64,000 nucleotides of DNA, taken from the NCBI GenBank assembly GCA_035402645.1, contig DAONDQ010000001.1, positions 15,680 to 79,679 on the forward strand, given 5' to 3'. The number at the start of each line of letters is the position of its first letter. Position 1 is the stretch's first letter. A program made the translations under genes and the position numbers. The notes beneath the pieces were generated by a model. That model worked only from the letters and a program-made list of their open reading frames with translations, was not told the origin of the DNA and did no database searches. Below, piece by piece: positions 9,913-20,800 of the stretch. Source of the stretch: Candidatus Cloacimonadota bacterium. Lineage in GTDB: Bacteria > Cloacimonadota > Cloacimonadia > Cloacimonadales > DAONDQ01.

Positions 9913-10755
9913 TCACTTAAGACCTTTTTTACCATGATGGTAAGTCCATTGTTCCGTGCCGTATTTTTCACGTATTAAATCGCTAACTTTTTCTTGCTCA
10001 TATATATTAAGCTGATTCACCTCAGAAAACGAATCATTTGACCAGATTTTCTTGAACCCTGAAATCATTGCAGTTACAGCATTCTCATATGAAATGCGAT
10101 TCTCCAGTATCTCATTGATCGATACTGTCTTCTTCCCAAGATATTGATACAGCCTATTTCTCTGATCCTGGGTCAATCCGGGCAGTAAATCCGCTACTTC
10201 CGATTGATTTTGATCCAATAATATTGAGCCATGTTGGAGAAACAGGTTATTTTTCCTCACTTGCGCACTGCCTACGATCTTTTTCCCCTGATAGGATAGT
10301 TCATATCGCGAACTGCTCGAGAAACATGGGTTATGCGCTTCTCTCTGTTCACGGGATGATAACGATCCCTTCTCAAAATTCACCTGAATCCCCATGATGC
10401 GAAAACCTTCTGCCAATGCCTGGCTAACCTCAGAATAGACATCAATCACATTTCCCTGGAGATGATCAGCCAGAGGGGCTATCACTGCATATGTGATTTC
10501 ATTCTTATGAAGAACCAGACGACCACCGGTGGGACGGCGAATCAGTCCATATCCTTTGGAAAAGATACGTGCCATGTCTGTTTCTTTCTCAGCATCCTGA
10601 TGGTAACCAAAGGACACAGTAGGTGGATTCCAATCGTAAAATCGAATTGTGGGTTCTGAAAAGCCATTTTCCAAACCAATTAAAATAGCTTCATCGATTG
10701 CCATATTCTCTTCAGGGGCAATCTTATTCTGCACGAGTATGCGCCATTTGATCAT
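9913..10755 (-). CDS. biotin/lipoate A/B protein ligase family protein (LplA/LipM-like)
   Basis: Motifs RRPTGGRLVLH and KKIVGSAQ are characteristic of lipoate-protein ligase/octanoyltransferase catalytic domains. 4-nt overlap with purM. Confidence 0.7.
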   Translation of the reverse strand: MIKWRILVQNKIAPEENMAIDEAILIGLENGFSEPTIRFYDWNPPTVSFGYHQDAEKETDMARIFSKGYGLIRRPTGGRLVLHKNEITYAVIAPLADHLQGNVIDVYSEVSQALAEGFRIMGIQVNFEKGSLSSREQREAHNPCFSSSSRYELSYQGKKIVGSAQVRKNNLFLQHGSILLDQNQSEVADLLPGLTQDQRNRLYQYLGKKTVSINEILENRISYENAVTAMISGFKKIWSNDSFSEVNQLNIYEQEKVSDLIREKYGTEQWTYHHGKKGLK

Positions 10756-11771
10756 AATAATAGTTTCACTTTCTCCGATAACCCCTTATTCTTTTCTATT
10801 AATCCTATCTTCACTGCATTTGTTTCATTGATAAAAGTATCAGTGTTCTTCTCCGGAACAACAATGATGAACCCTATTCCCATATTGAAAGCACGATACA
10901 TTTCATTTTCATCAATCTGTCCGGTATTCATCAGATATCTGAATATTGTCGGTCTTTCCCAGGTTTTTGTATCGATCGTTGCCTGCAAACCATCCGGAAT
11001 GATCCTTTTCACATTACCGGGTAATCCTCCGCCCGTAATATGCGCCATCCCATGTATGATTTGTGGATTTGCGTGGTTAGCAAGAATGGGAAAGTAGGAA
11101 GGATGTACTTTGAGTAATGCGGCGCCTACCGTATCCTGCAATTCAGGAATATATGAATCCACTGCAAGATTCATTTGATGAAACACGATTTGCCGTGCCA
11201 ATGAATAGCCGTTGGTATGCAAACCGTTGGATGGATATCCGAGGATGACATCACCTTCCTTGATCGTACTGCCATTGATCAGATTCTCTTTCTCTACCAA
11301 TCCAACGATTGTCCCTGCCAAATCAAAATCTTTCTCGGCATAGATACCAGGCATTTCTGCCATCTCACCACCGATTAAAGACATTCGATTTTCACTGCAT
11401 GCCTTTGACAGTCCTGAAATGATTTCCACAACAACATCGGGTGAAAGTCTGCCAACACCTATATAATCAAGAAAATACTGGGGAATTGCTCCCTGAACGA
11501 AAATGTCGTTCACACAATGATTCACTAAGTCTTGTCCCACCGTATCATAGACCCCAGCCATTTGGGCAACCAGTATTTTAGTCCCGACACCATCCATGCT
11601 CGATACAAGAACCGGATGTTTCCATTTAGCAAGATCAAGAGCATACAAACCGCCAAATCCACCGATATCAGTCAGTACATTCTGATTGAATGTCGCTCGA
11701 ACCAGTGGTTTGATACGCGATACTGCATCTTCTCCTGCTTCAATGTTCACACCTGACTTTTTATAATCCAT
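10752..11771 (-). CDS. purM: phosphoribosylformylglycinamidine cyclo-ligase (AIR synthetase)
   Basis: MDYKKSGVNIEAGE N-terminus, SSMDGVGTK motif, and length typical of PurM. The start at 11771 avoids overlap with the upstream gene; the ORF-track start is 11822. Confidence 0.9.
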   Translation of the reverse strand: MDYKKSGVNIEAGEDAVSRIKPLVRATFNQNVLTDIGGFGGLYALDLAKWKHPVLVSSMDGVGTKILVAQMAGVYDTVGQDLVNHCVNDIFVQGAIPQYFLDYIGVGRLSPDVVVEIISGLSKACSENRMSLIGGEMAEMPGIYAEKDFDLAGTIVGLVEKENLINGSTIKEGDVILGYPSNGLHTNGYSLARQIVFHQMNLAVDSYIPELQDTVGAALLKVHPSYFPILANHANPQIIHGMAHITGGGLPGNVKRIIPDGLQATIDTKTWERPTIFRYLMNTGQIDENEMYRAFNMGIGFIIVVPEKNTDTFINETNAVKIGLIEKNKGLSEKVKLLL

Positions 11772-11778
11772 CTTGCAC

Positions 11779-12675
11779 CTAAAATATGACCCAGTTGCGA
11801 ATCTCTGATTTCCTCGTTTCAATGTCCTTCTTACTCACAGATTCAAGCACGTCCGTACTGAAAGAGGATACATTGTAGGATGCCATGATCGTTCCGTAGA
11901 TCGTTGCTTCACGAATGGACTGATCGTCGAATCTCCCCACTTGTGCAAGATAGCCCATGAAACCACCGGCAAAACTGTCACCGGCACCCGTGGGATCAAC
12001 CATGTTTTTTACCGGATAGACCGGTGCAAAAAAAAGAAAGTTTCTTCCAACAGCCACGGAACCATATTCACCTCGTTTCACAATCACCAGTTGGGGTCCA
12101 AGTTCAAGTACCTGTTGTGCTGCTGAATATACATTCTCTATCTTCGTAAGGAGCCTGAGTTCATCTTCATTGATGAACACTATGTCCACTTTTCTAATCA
12201 CCTCAAGTAGTTGAATATATGCTCTGTCAATCCAATAGTTCATGGTATCACAGGAAGACAGTCGATGGGAACCAATCTGGCTCAAAACATTCAACTGCAA
12301 TTCAGGATGAATATTTCCAAGAAGAAGAAACTCACAAGCTTTGCATTCTGATGGTAACTGCGGATCAAAATCAGCAAATACATTCAGTTGTGTATCGTGC
12401 GTCAATGCCTGATTCCATTGCTGATATTCACCTTTCCAACGAAAGGTTTTTCCCATCCTTACTTCTATTCCATCCGTATTGATGCCTTTATTACTGAGCA
12501 TCTGCATGGATTGTACCGGAAAATCCTCACCAACTACACCGACGATATGGGTCTTACAGAAATGGCGGGCTGCCAATGATGCATACACCGCTGATCCTCC
12601 CAGTGCTTCTGTAATAGATCCCGCAGGTGTTGAAATTGTATCCAAGGCTATGGAGCCGACAACTACGAGGCTCAT
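11779..12675 (-). CDS. PfkB-family carbohydrate kinase
   Basis: C-terminal DPTGAGDSFAGGF signature of the ribokinase/PfkB family. N-terminal GGSAVY glycine motif. Confidence 0.8.
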   Translation of the reverse strand: MSLVVVGSIALDTISTPAGSITEALGGSAVYASLAARHFCKTHIVGVVGEDFPVQSMQMLSNKGINTDGIEVRMGKTFRWKGEYQQWNQALTHDTQLNVFADFDPQLPSECKACEFLLLGNIHPELQLNVLSQIGSHRLSSCDTMNYWIDRAYIQLLEVIRKVDIVFINEDELRLLTKIENVYSAAQQVLELGPQLVIVKRGEYGSVAVGRNFLFFAPVYPVKNMVDPTGAGDSFAGGFMGYLAQVGRFDDQSIREATIYGTIMASYNVSSFSTDVLESVSKKDIETRKSEIRNWVIF

Positions 12676-12878
12676 GGCGTCTCCTTTGGCTGTTCAATGG
12701 TTTTCTTTGCATGCTGATGGATTTGTTGGAATTTCTCGATCCCACTTTTATAATGAAGCATCAGCCAGATCACTAAGGCAAGTAATGCGATTCGGACTAT
12801 CAGACTTGACCATTTTCCGGCAGAACTTTGTCTATGAAGTCGCCATCTCCTATGCAGTTCTTCCTTGATTTCCTTCAT
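12672..12878 (-). CDS. small single-pass membrane protein, hypothetical
   Basis: One TM segment (LIVRIALLALVIWLML). 4-nt ATGA overlap with the downstream kinase gene and a 12-nt gap after the aminotransferase argue it is translated. Confidence 0.45.
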   Translation of the reverse strand: MKEIKEELHRRWRLHRQSSAGKWSSLIVRIALLALVIWLMLHYKSGIEKFQQIHQHAKKTIEQPKETP

Positions 12879-12890
12879 CTTTCGATATCT

Positions 12891-14093
12891 CTAAATCATG
12901 TTCTGCAAGCCATTGGCGAAACGTTTCACTCCTTCCTGGAGATTCTCCATGCTATTGGCATAAGAGAAGCGCATAAAACGGTCATCACCAAAGGAACTTC
13001 CCGCAACCAGGGCAACATGGAATTCATCGAGCATATACGTACTCAATTCATCCGTATTCCGAATGTTCAACAGGTTGTTCTGCAAATACCAGGAAACATT
13101 GGGCATGAGATAAAATGCACCTTTCGGATTCGTGCAAGTGATATGCGGAATCTTGCAGAGTTCTTCACGAAGGAATAATCTTCGTTTTGAGAATTCATGC
13201 CGCATTCTTTCCACCGAACCATCATCTTCTGTCAAAGCGGTTAGAACTGCTTTCTGTGTAATGGAATTCACACAGGATGTAGCATGCTCCTGTACGCGCC
13301 CAGCAGCAGCAACCACTTTCTCAGGTCCTGCTGTATAGCCGAGTCTCCAGCCTGTCATGGCATAAGCCTTTGAAACACCGTTTACGACGGCTGTCATTTC
13401 CTGCATCTCAGGACTTACCGCAGCTATCGAGAAATGAACCTGATCATCGTATACCAGTTTTTCATAAATCTCATCGGAGATAACAAAGACATGATAACGT
13501 AAGCAGATTTCAGCAATCTTCTCCAATTCAGATCGTGAATAGACCGATCCTGTTGGATTGCTTGGGGAATTGAGGATCATCACTTTGGCATTGGGACTCT
13601 TTTTCAGGAGAGCTTCCAGTTTGAGCGGATCAATCTTGAAATCATCCTGCTCTTCCGTCTGAAGATACAATGGTTCGCCATTGGCTAATTCAACCTGTGC
13701 AGGATAACTGACCCAATAAGGAACTGGAATGATGACTTGATCACCTACATCGCACAGGGCGATCAGGATATTCAGAATGGATGCCTTTGCTCCGGGAGAG
13801 ACAAGTATGTTCTTGGGTTGATATACCAGCTTATTATCTTTCTCGAACTTTTGGCATATTGCCTTGCGCAGTTCCGGGATTCCCGCATTAGGGGTATACC
13901 GTGTGAAGTTGGCATCAATTGCATTCTTACCTGCTTCCTTGATATAATCAGGTGTATTGAAGTCAGGTTCACCCACACCGAAGTTAATGACACTGATACC
14001 CTGAGCCTGCATTTCCTTGGCTTTGGTAGCAATACCAAGTGTCGGGGATGGTTGAATCAAACGAATCCGATTTGATAATTTGATCTCCATCAT
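12891..14093 (-). CDS. pyridoxal-phosphate-dependent aminotransferase (aspartate aminotransferase-like, class I)
   Basis: SKAYAMTGWRLGY (PLP-lysine motif), NSPSNPTG, and ~400 aa length. Confidence 0.9.
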   Translation of the reverse strand: MMEIKLSNRIRLIQPSPTLGIATKAKEMQAQGISVINFGVGEPDFNTPDYIKEAGKNAIDANFTRYTPNAGIPELRKAICQKFEKDNKLVYQPKNILVSPGAKASILNILIALCDVGDQVIIPVPYWVSYPAQVELANGEPLYLQTEEQDDFKIDPLKLEALLKKSPNAKVMILNSPSNPTGSVYSRSELEKIAEICLRYHVFVISDEIYEKLVYDDQVHFSIAAVSPEMQEMTAVVNGVSKAYAMTGWRLGYTAGPEKVVAAAGRVQEHATSCVNSITQKAVLTALTEDDGSVERMRHEFSKRRLFLREELCKIPHITCTNPKGAFYLMPNVSWYLQNNLLNIRNTDELSTYMLDEFHVALVAGSSFGDDRFMRFSYANSMENLQEGVKRFANGLQNMI

Positions 14094-14136
14094 TCCTCCA
14101 ATCTATCTATTTTGTTTGATTTCTTGAATTGGTTGA

Positions 14137-16260
14137 TCATTCTCCTTCCACAACGATCTTCGTCAGATCACATACCACAATGAAGAGTTTCTTGATCTTT
14201 GATAAGAGTATATACCTGTTTTTACGTAAATTCTCATCCTCACTGTTGACCAGCACATCATCAAAGAAACGGTCAATGAATGGTCCATAGTCAACGAATG
14301 CTTCCATCATTTTGTGAAATTCCTTCCTGCCAAGATAGTCTTCCACTTTCCCGGAAAGTACCTGGTATTCCTGCCAAAGTTTCTGTTCAGCCGGTTCTTT
14401 GAGCAAAGAGACATCGACCTCTCCCTCTGCCTCATCATTCCCGATTATATTAGCTACTCTTTTATATCCGATCACAAGACGGATGAAATCATCTCTCTTG
14501 CGAAATGAACGGATATCCAGTGCGCGCTGCTTGATTTCTGCAATGGAATTATACGAAATATGCATCACACTTGCAATGATGTCGTAATCGATCTCATCCT
14601 GCTGGAGCAGCCAATTTACACGCTGATGGAAATAATCATATACAAAATCTTTATTGTTCTTCTGATCCAATTTATCTTTCAATATAGCATATGCCTGGTC
14701 GATCATTGCATGCAGATCGAGATTCCAGGCAAAGGAATCAAGGATCTGTACAATGCCGTTTGCCGCTCGTCTCAAGGCAAAAGGATCATTGGAACCTGTA
14801 GGCAGCATACCAACACCGATGATTCCGCATACTGTATCCATTTTATCCGCTATCGCAGCCACTGCTCCACAAATCGTTTGCGGGAGGATATCGTTCTGTC
14901 CCCGGGGCTGATAGTGCTCATAGATACCTTGAGCCACCTGCTCGTCCTCTCCTTGGAGAAGTGCATATTTCATGCCGATATAACCCTGGAGTTTGGTAAA
15001 TTCCTTTTCTCCAAGCATCAGGGTTACAAGATCTGCCTTGGATAATTGAATGGTGCGAAGCACTTTTTGAGTTTGATCTTCAGAAAATTGTAACTCCCGG
15101 CAAATCCACTCACCCAACTGTTTCATTCGTTCTGTTTTCTCGAGAAGCGTGCCCAGTTTTGCCTGGAACGTCACTTCGCTCAACTTGGAGACATAAGATT
15201 CCAGCGGCATTTTCGTATCTTCATGGAAATAGAACTGGGCATCCTCCAGCCTGGGGATGATGACCTTCTCATTACCGCGACGGATCAAATCTGAATATTG
15301 CGGATCTCCGTTGGATATGAAAATGAATGTATTCTGGAGTTTTCCATTCATGTCTTCCACGGCAAAGTATTTCTGGTTCTCACTGATGGTGGAAGTAATG
15401 ATCTTTTCCGGTAAATTCAGATATTTTGTATCAAAGGAAGCACTCACAGCAGTCGGATATTCAACCAAGTCCACCACAATATCGAGCAATTTCTCGTCAG
15501 GGATAACCCTCATATTACTGTTGCCAAACATCTGTTCCAGCTGTTTTCGAATCGTAGCCTTTCTTTCCTCCCTATCGGCAATCACAAAGACATTCCTCAA
15601 ACACTGCTCATACTTGGATGGTTCCGGAATATCAATGGGGTTGACCAATTTCTGAAAACGATTGCCATAGGTGATTCTTCCTGAACCCAGGTTGAAAACT
15701 GATACGGGAATGATCTCAGTCCCAAGCAGTGCTATGACCCACCTGACAGCCCTGGCGTAGGATGTTTCGAGTGAACCCCAGCGCATTTGCTTGGGAAACT
15801 GGATTTGCAAAATTGATTGAGGGATCAGTTCAGAAAGAATCTCTTTTGCATGCAATCCCTTCTTTCTGATAACAACGGCTATATAATCCCCTTTGGGAGT
15901 ATTCTTCACAAGGAGTTGGTCAATTGAAACCCCGCTGCTCTTGGCAAATCCTTCCCCTGCTGGTGAAAGGCTGCCATCAGGCTTATAGGCAATCCCAACA
16001 CCGGGGCCCAGTTTTTCGATCTCTTCATCCATTTGCTGCACTTGCAGATCACGGATCATGATTGCAAGACGACGGGGAGTGGAGAATTCACTGATTCCCG
16101 AAAATTGCAGTTTCAATTCTGATAATTTCTGTTTGTAGAACGTGACCAGTTTGTCTAAAGCCGGCTTGATATAGGATGCAGGTAATTCTTCTACACCTAT
16201 CTCCAGAAGAACATCTTGAAATTCCACTAAAACCTCATGTATTGAAAATAAAGTGACCAA
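14137..16260 (-). CDS. glyS: glycine--tRNA ligase beta subunit
   Basis: LLEIGVEELPASY N-terminal signature, ~700 aa, and a C-terminal anticodon-binding-like region. The true start may lie a few codons downstream at a non-ATG codon. No glyQ is adjacent. Confidence 0.85.
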   Translation of the reverse strand: MVTLFSIHEVLVEFQDVLLEIGVEELPASYIKPALDKLVTFYKQKLSELKLQFSGISEFSTPRRLAIMIRDLQVQQMDEEIEKLGPGVGIAYKPDGSLSPAGEGFAKSSGVSIDQLLVKNTPKGDYIAVVIRKKGLHAKEILSELIPQSILQIQFPKQMRWGSLETSYARAVRWVIALLGTEIIPVSVFNLGSGRITYGNRFQKLVNPIDIPEPSKYEQCLRNVFVIADREERKATIRKQLEQMFGNSNMRVIPDEKLLDIVVDLVEYPTAVSASFDTKYLNLPEKIITSTISENQKYFAVEDMNGKLQNTFIFISNGDPQYSDLIRRGNEKVIIPRLEDAQFYFHEDTKMPLESYVSKLSEVTFQAKLGTLLEKTERMKQLGEWICRELQFSEDQTQKVLRTIQLSKADLVTLMLGEKEFTKLQGYIGMKYALLQGEDEQVAQGIYEHYQPRGQNDILPQTICGAVAAIADKMDTVCGIIGVGMLPTGSNDPFALRRAANGIVQILDSFAWNLDLHAMIDQAYAILKDKLDQKNNKDFVYDYFHQRVNWLLQQDEIDYDIIASVMHISYNSIAEIKQRALDIRSFRKRDDFIRLVIGYKRVANIIGNDEAEGEVDVSLLKEPAEQKLWQEYQVLSGKVEDYLGRKEFHKMMEAFVDYGPFIDRFFDDVLVNSEDENLRKNRYILLSKIKKLFIVVCDLTKIVVEGE

Positions 16261-16287
16261 TCCGAAAATGAATTGGTCACAGCATCA

Positions 16288-17238
16288 TTAGAAACGATAA
16301 CGTAGGGATATCTGATTCACCGTACCTAAATCACCATAGGATATAAATGCATAGTCCAAGCCCAAATCATGCCAATTGAATCCCAATCCGGCTGATAAAC
16401 CTGAAATTGCTGCCCAATCACTACCACTCTTCCAGTCATCGGCATTGGTCTTATAACCCAGGCGTCCACAGAACTGCTCATTAAATTCGTATTCTGTTCC
16501 AAAATTCACGGTTAAGTCCTGACCGCTTGGCTTTGCCAATTCGATCATTCCTTCGAAATTCGGTTTGAACATATACCTCAATCCTGCACTTGCTACGATG
16601 GGCAGACTTTCATTATAATTACTGCTGGTATAATAGGTCAGTTGTTTTCCTAAATTACGGATCGCCATCCCGATTCTAACTTTCTGGTTTACTGGCTGGT
16701 GCTGGAGCCCAATGTCAATACATACTCCGGAAGCAGAATAAGTATCGATGCTTTCCCTGAAGTATTTTGCGGCAATACCCGCCTGTACCATATCACTCAA
16801 GTGTTTGGATATGACGGCACCGGCAACCATGTCGGATGAATTGAATGTTCCTGCTGATCCACCGTAAGATGTACCATCCACCAGTGTTTTCTCGATATCA
16901 TCACTCAACAGGTAGGAAACATAGAAACCGTATGCGGTCTTATCGTTCTTTTTCGTTCCGTAAACAACCGAACCACCCTGATAGCCAGAAAGATAACTGG
17001 TGAATGTAGTCTTCAATTGTTTCTGATTGATCGTCACCAACCCACCCGGATTAAAGAATACGATATCCGCATCTTTATCGACAGCCGTGAATGCTGTTCC
17101 CATGGCATTTGCCCGGGCAGAATAAATGATCTTCAGGAAGTTGAATCCTGTCGTTCCAGCATTCTGATTAATGGCATGAAGGCTGAATGTCAGGATTGTG
17201 CTAAGAAGCAGTAGAATCCATATCTTGTTGAATTGCAT
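16288..17238 (-). CDS. PorV/PorQ-family-like outer-membrane beta-barrel protein (second copy)
   Basis: Signal peptide. The GTTGFNFLKIIYSARANAMGTAFTAV...VFFNPGGL motif parallels ORF 298-1329. Ends in LRYRF. Confidence 0.6.
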   Translation of the reverse strand: MQFNKIWILLLLSTILTFSLHAINQNAGTTGFNFLKIIYSARANAMGTAFTAVDKDADIVFFNPGGLVTINQKQLKTTFTSYLSGYQGGSVVYGTKKNDKTAYGFYVSYLLSDDIEKTLVDGTSYGGSAGTFNSSDMVAGAVISKHLSDMVQAGIAAKYFRESIDTYSASGVCIDIGLQHQPVNQKVRIGMAIRNLGKQLTYYTSSNYNESLPIVASAGLRYMFKPNFEGMIELAKPSGQDLTVNFGTEYEFNEQFCGRLGYKTNADDWKSGSDWAAISGLSAGLGFNWHDLGLDYAFISYGDLGTVNQISLRYRF

Positions 17239-17680
17239 CTTCGATCTCTTTTAATATGTTGCTTAATTCTTGTTCGGTTTGGCAGGAAAGCATCTTGTTC
17301 CGATGTTCTTCCTCCCGTGTAAAATGCGATATGCTGCTTAATACCCTCATATATTGCTTACCCGCTGACTGAGGTACGGCGATCATGAACACGATCCGTA
17401 CCGGTTCCTGGTCTAATGCGTCAAAATCAATTGGTGTGCCCAGTATGCATACTGCCACCTTCAATTCTGATACGCATATATCCCTCCCATGGGGTAAGGC
17501 AATTCCCTTTCCAATTCCGGTACTCATGATCTCTTCCCTGCCGAAGATAGCATTCTTGAATCTTTCTATCGAATCAATCGCCTTATTCGCATGAAGCATG
17601 TGTACCATCGATACCAAAAGCTCCGTTTTACTGCTAATATTGACACCCAATCGCATCAAGTCTTCAGAAAATATTGCCAT
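17201..17680 (-). CDS. PTS EIIA-type (nitrogen-regulatory PtsN-like) protein
   Basis: GIGKGIALPHGR phospho-histidine motif. The start is taken at MAIFSEDLM (17680). The 3' end overlaps the next gene by 38 nt. Confidence 0.7.
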   Translation of the reverse strand: MAIFSEDLMRLGVNISSKTELLVSMVHMLHANKAIDSIERFKNAIFGREEIMSTGIGKGIALPHGRDICVSELKVAVCILGTPIDFDALDQEPVRIVFMIAVPQSAGKQYMRVLSSISHFTREEEHRNKMLSCQTEQELSNILKEIEDAIQQDMDSTAS

Positions 17681-17836
17681 CGGCTTTCCTCGTATTTTAT
17701 CAATGTCATCACATAATTTGATAAAACAAAATAGAGTCAATTATTTTATTGGGAAATGGTAGTAATTCAGTTGGGATACATTCATAATTCATCTTGCTTC
17801 GGTTCATGTAGTCAGATTTATTCCGTTTACCACAAA

Positions 17837-20800
17837 TCACATGTTCATTATCTGATTGATGTATGTTTTTTCATCCATAAACACGACATTATTGGATATA
17901 TATTCCCCTGGTTCATATCCTCGCAATTGAAGTTCCATCTTGCCTGTCCATGATACAATCCAACTATTCAAAACAATGTCTTTATCACCAAGCCTTCTTT
18001 CAATCTCCTTGATCCGCTTATGAAATTGAATCTTCTCTGAATTGACACCTTCGTGCATTAATCCATGTGGTTCTATAAAATGAATGTATTGCTTTGTGCC
18101 ATGTAATATCCAAAGAATGAAATCAGGATGGAAATTCCCTGCTTCGAAGAATCCGACCCCTTTCCCTCGGCTCAGGTTGCGAAGCAAGAAGAGCTCCATG
18201 CTTTGGGTTTGCATTATGCGCTTATTCTCTTCGCACCAGCTTTTCAAATCCAAGACAAACTGGTACTCACTCTGGTTCAACGATACTGGTAAAACGGTAA
18301 TTCTCCCTGAATTTCTTGTATGAAGTAAAGGTTTGAAAAGATGCTTTCCAAAATTGCACACATCAAGTTCGCCGACCCTGATAACATCTTTGTTATCGCT
18401 AATATCATTTTGCAGATTTTTGATTGCTTCAATAACATTCGATGCATCTCCATCTACTATGACCTGGTATTCAGCAACATTCGGCAAATTATCATCTTCC
18501 GATGTCAATTCCCGGATTTCAAGACGAGGTTCAAGAAATTCCCTATTTCTATATTTCTGAAGTTTATCCATATAACGCTTTAATAATTCGGTCGCAACTT
18601 TCTGCAGAGTAAAGATTTCTTCATAGCTCTCGGGATGTAGGATGTAATCAGGGAGATATAATTCGTACCACGAAGCATTATGCAGCAAATCAATCAGACA
18701 CTGACTGGTGATGCTCAGATTATACCATTTCTTTTCACATCTAAATCTTTCCAGATCAAAGTACAAGTCATTATAATTCAACAGGCTCAGTTGTTCATCC
18801 TGCAAAATCACTGCCTGCTTTTGATCTTGTTGGGTACGTTTCTGTGAAGCAATTGTCTGAATGCGTGGAAACCAATTTGATACGATCTTATTCTTTTGGA
18901 GATACTCAGGTACTGAATCCAAGAGAACAGTGGGACCGTCATTCATAAAATCATATTCTTTCCCATTGATCTTCTTGGGACGTATGATCTTCAGCTTCTT
19001 CCCGAAATCATAGGTCACATTAATGGGTATGGGTATGGATTCCATCCTTTCATTACCCGGCAAACCTTCTGATGCCAGGTACTTTCTAAATTTCTCCATG
19101 AAATCTGATTCTATTCCGAATACATTCAAAGTTTCAATTTCTTCTATAAACCGCGGTTTTGTCGTGGCTTTTGTATGACCACTACGTTTCAAGCTCCACT
19201 CGAACCCTTTTAACCGTACCCCGCGTCCAAATAGTTGAATAATTTGTGTCCCTTCCGTTTTCCCCACATGCATCAGACCCATGGTGCTCACTCTCCAACA
19301 ATCCCAACCTTCTATGAATTTTTTCGAACCGATCAGCAAGTTCACTGAGGAACTTGAATCTTTGACGGTAGCGAACATGCTTTCTGTAAAATCACTATCT
19401 TTGATTAAAATTGGCATATTATCGCGTTTGGCGACAAAATCTATATGCTCGCATAGTCCTTTCGAATCACCAACATTGATCAAACCAAAGGAAGAATCTG
19501 AATTCCCCGCATATAATGCAATTTCTCCTGATTCACCTTTGATTCGTGTGAGGGATAAATGACCACCACCGCTGTTGTTGAACAAATGAAGAAGTATATG
19601 TGCATAAATAGCAGCAGGATCCGATTGGGCTATGTAATATATCTTCAAGTATTGAAAGGAACTATGGAAAATATCATTCCCTGAGCCATCCAGTAAGCCG
19701 GTATCCGCCCCTGTACCATTCATCAGCTGGTTGATATATCTCTGAAACACCTGTGGTCTGGAAAGAAAATCGGCTATGAACTTTATGACCTTACCCACAT
19801 CCGTAATCAGGTCTGCAGTGGGTACCAGAATTTGCTGATTGCCCTTTTTTTTGGTTACGGTACTTCCTACAAATACCCATAAGGGCTTTTCCAGATTAAA
19901 TAATTCCAGTTCCTTTCTTTTATCTTTGAACAGTAATAGCTGCTGATAGAACTTCAACAGACAGGCTGTTAAATATATATCCTGAACCTCCTCCAATGAC
20001 CTGGGAAGATTCAGTATCTGATAATCCTTGCCAAAACCGTCTTCATAGAACCACCTATAGGAATAATCAAAAAGAATTGCTTTGGCGTAACTTTCTGCCA
20101 GTACCTGGCTACTGGAAGCTGCCACTGCCTGTTCAAACGTTGCTGAATACTCGAAAGTAAAACCTCTCCCACATAATTGGGCACGTCTGGTAAAAAAAGC
20201 ACCCTCTTCTGTCCCGCTCATTCCCCGGTGTCCTTCGTCCACAAGCAGAAGGTTCTGGTCACCCAAGTCACGGGTGGCTTTTGTATTGGGACCGCTTTTA
20301 TCTCCAAGTTTAGTGATTTCCAGCACGTCAATTTGTTCAAGACTGCCCTCCTGTCCGGATTTCAATCTCTGTGCCAAGCCAAATCCACTTTGATTCAACT
20401 CCTCCAAATGCTGTTCTGTTAATCCCTCATTGGGGGTTATGAGAATCACATGGGAAATATCCCTCCCCAATTTTGTCTTTTTTGCATAGTGCCTGAATTG
20501 CAGCAAGTTCACATGCATGATCAGTGTTTTACCGCTTCCTGTGGCATTCTGCATGCATATCTTGTTGAGATCATCATCCGTATATGGATTTACATTTTCA
20601 TATCCAACCCAATGTTCGTTGAATTGCATAATGAAGGAATTGAGATCATTCAGCAGACCTTCACGATTCGTGAAGTACCTATCCAGGTATATTTCCACAA
20701 AGAGCAACGACAACCATTGAAAATACTTCCAGACTATGGGTCTATTTCGTCGCCTATTGATGAACAATGTATGACGCGCAATGTTCTCTTCATACGAGAG

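Noticed and set aside
14137-16260. glyS without an adjacent glyQ as a possible anomaly
   Set aside because: Unlinked glyQ and glyS genes occur in many bacteria. The absence is a window effect rather than a finding.
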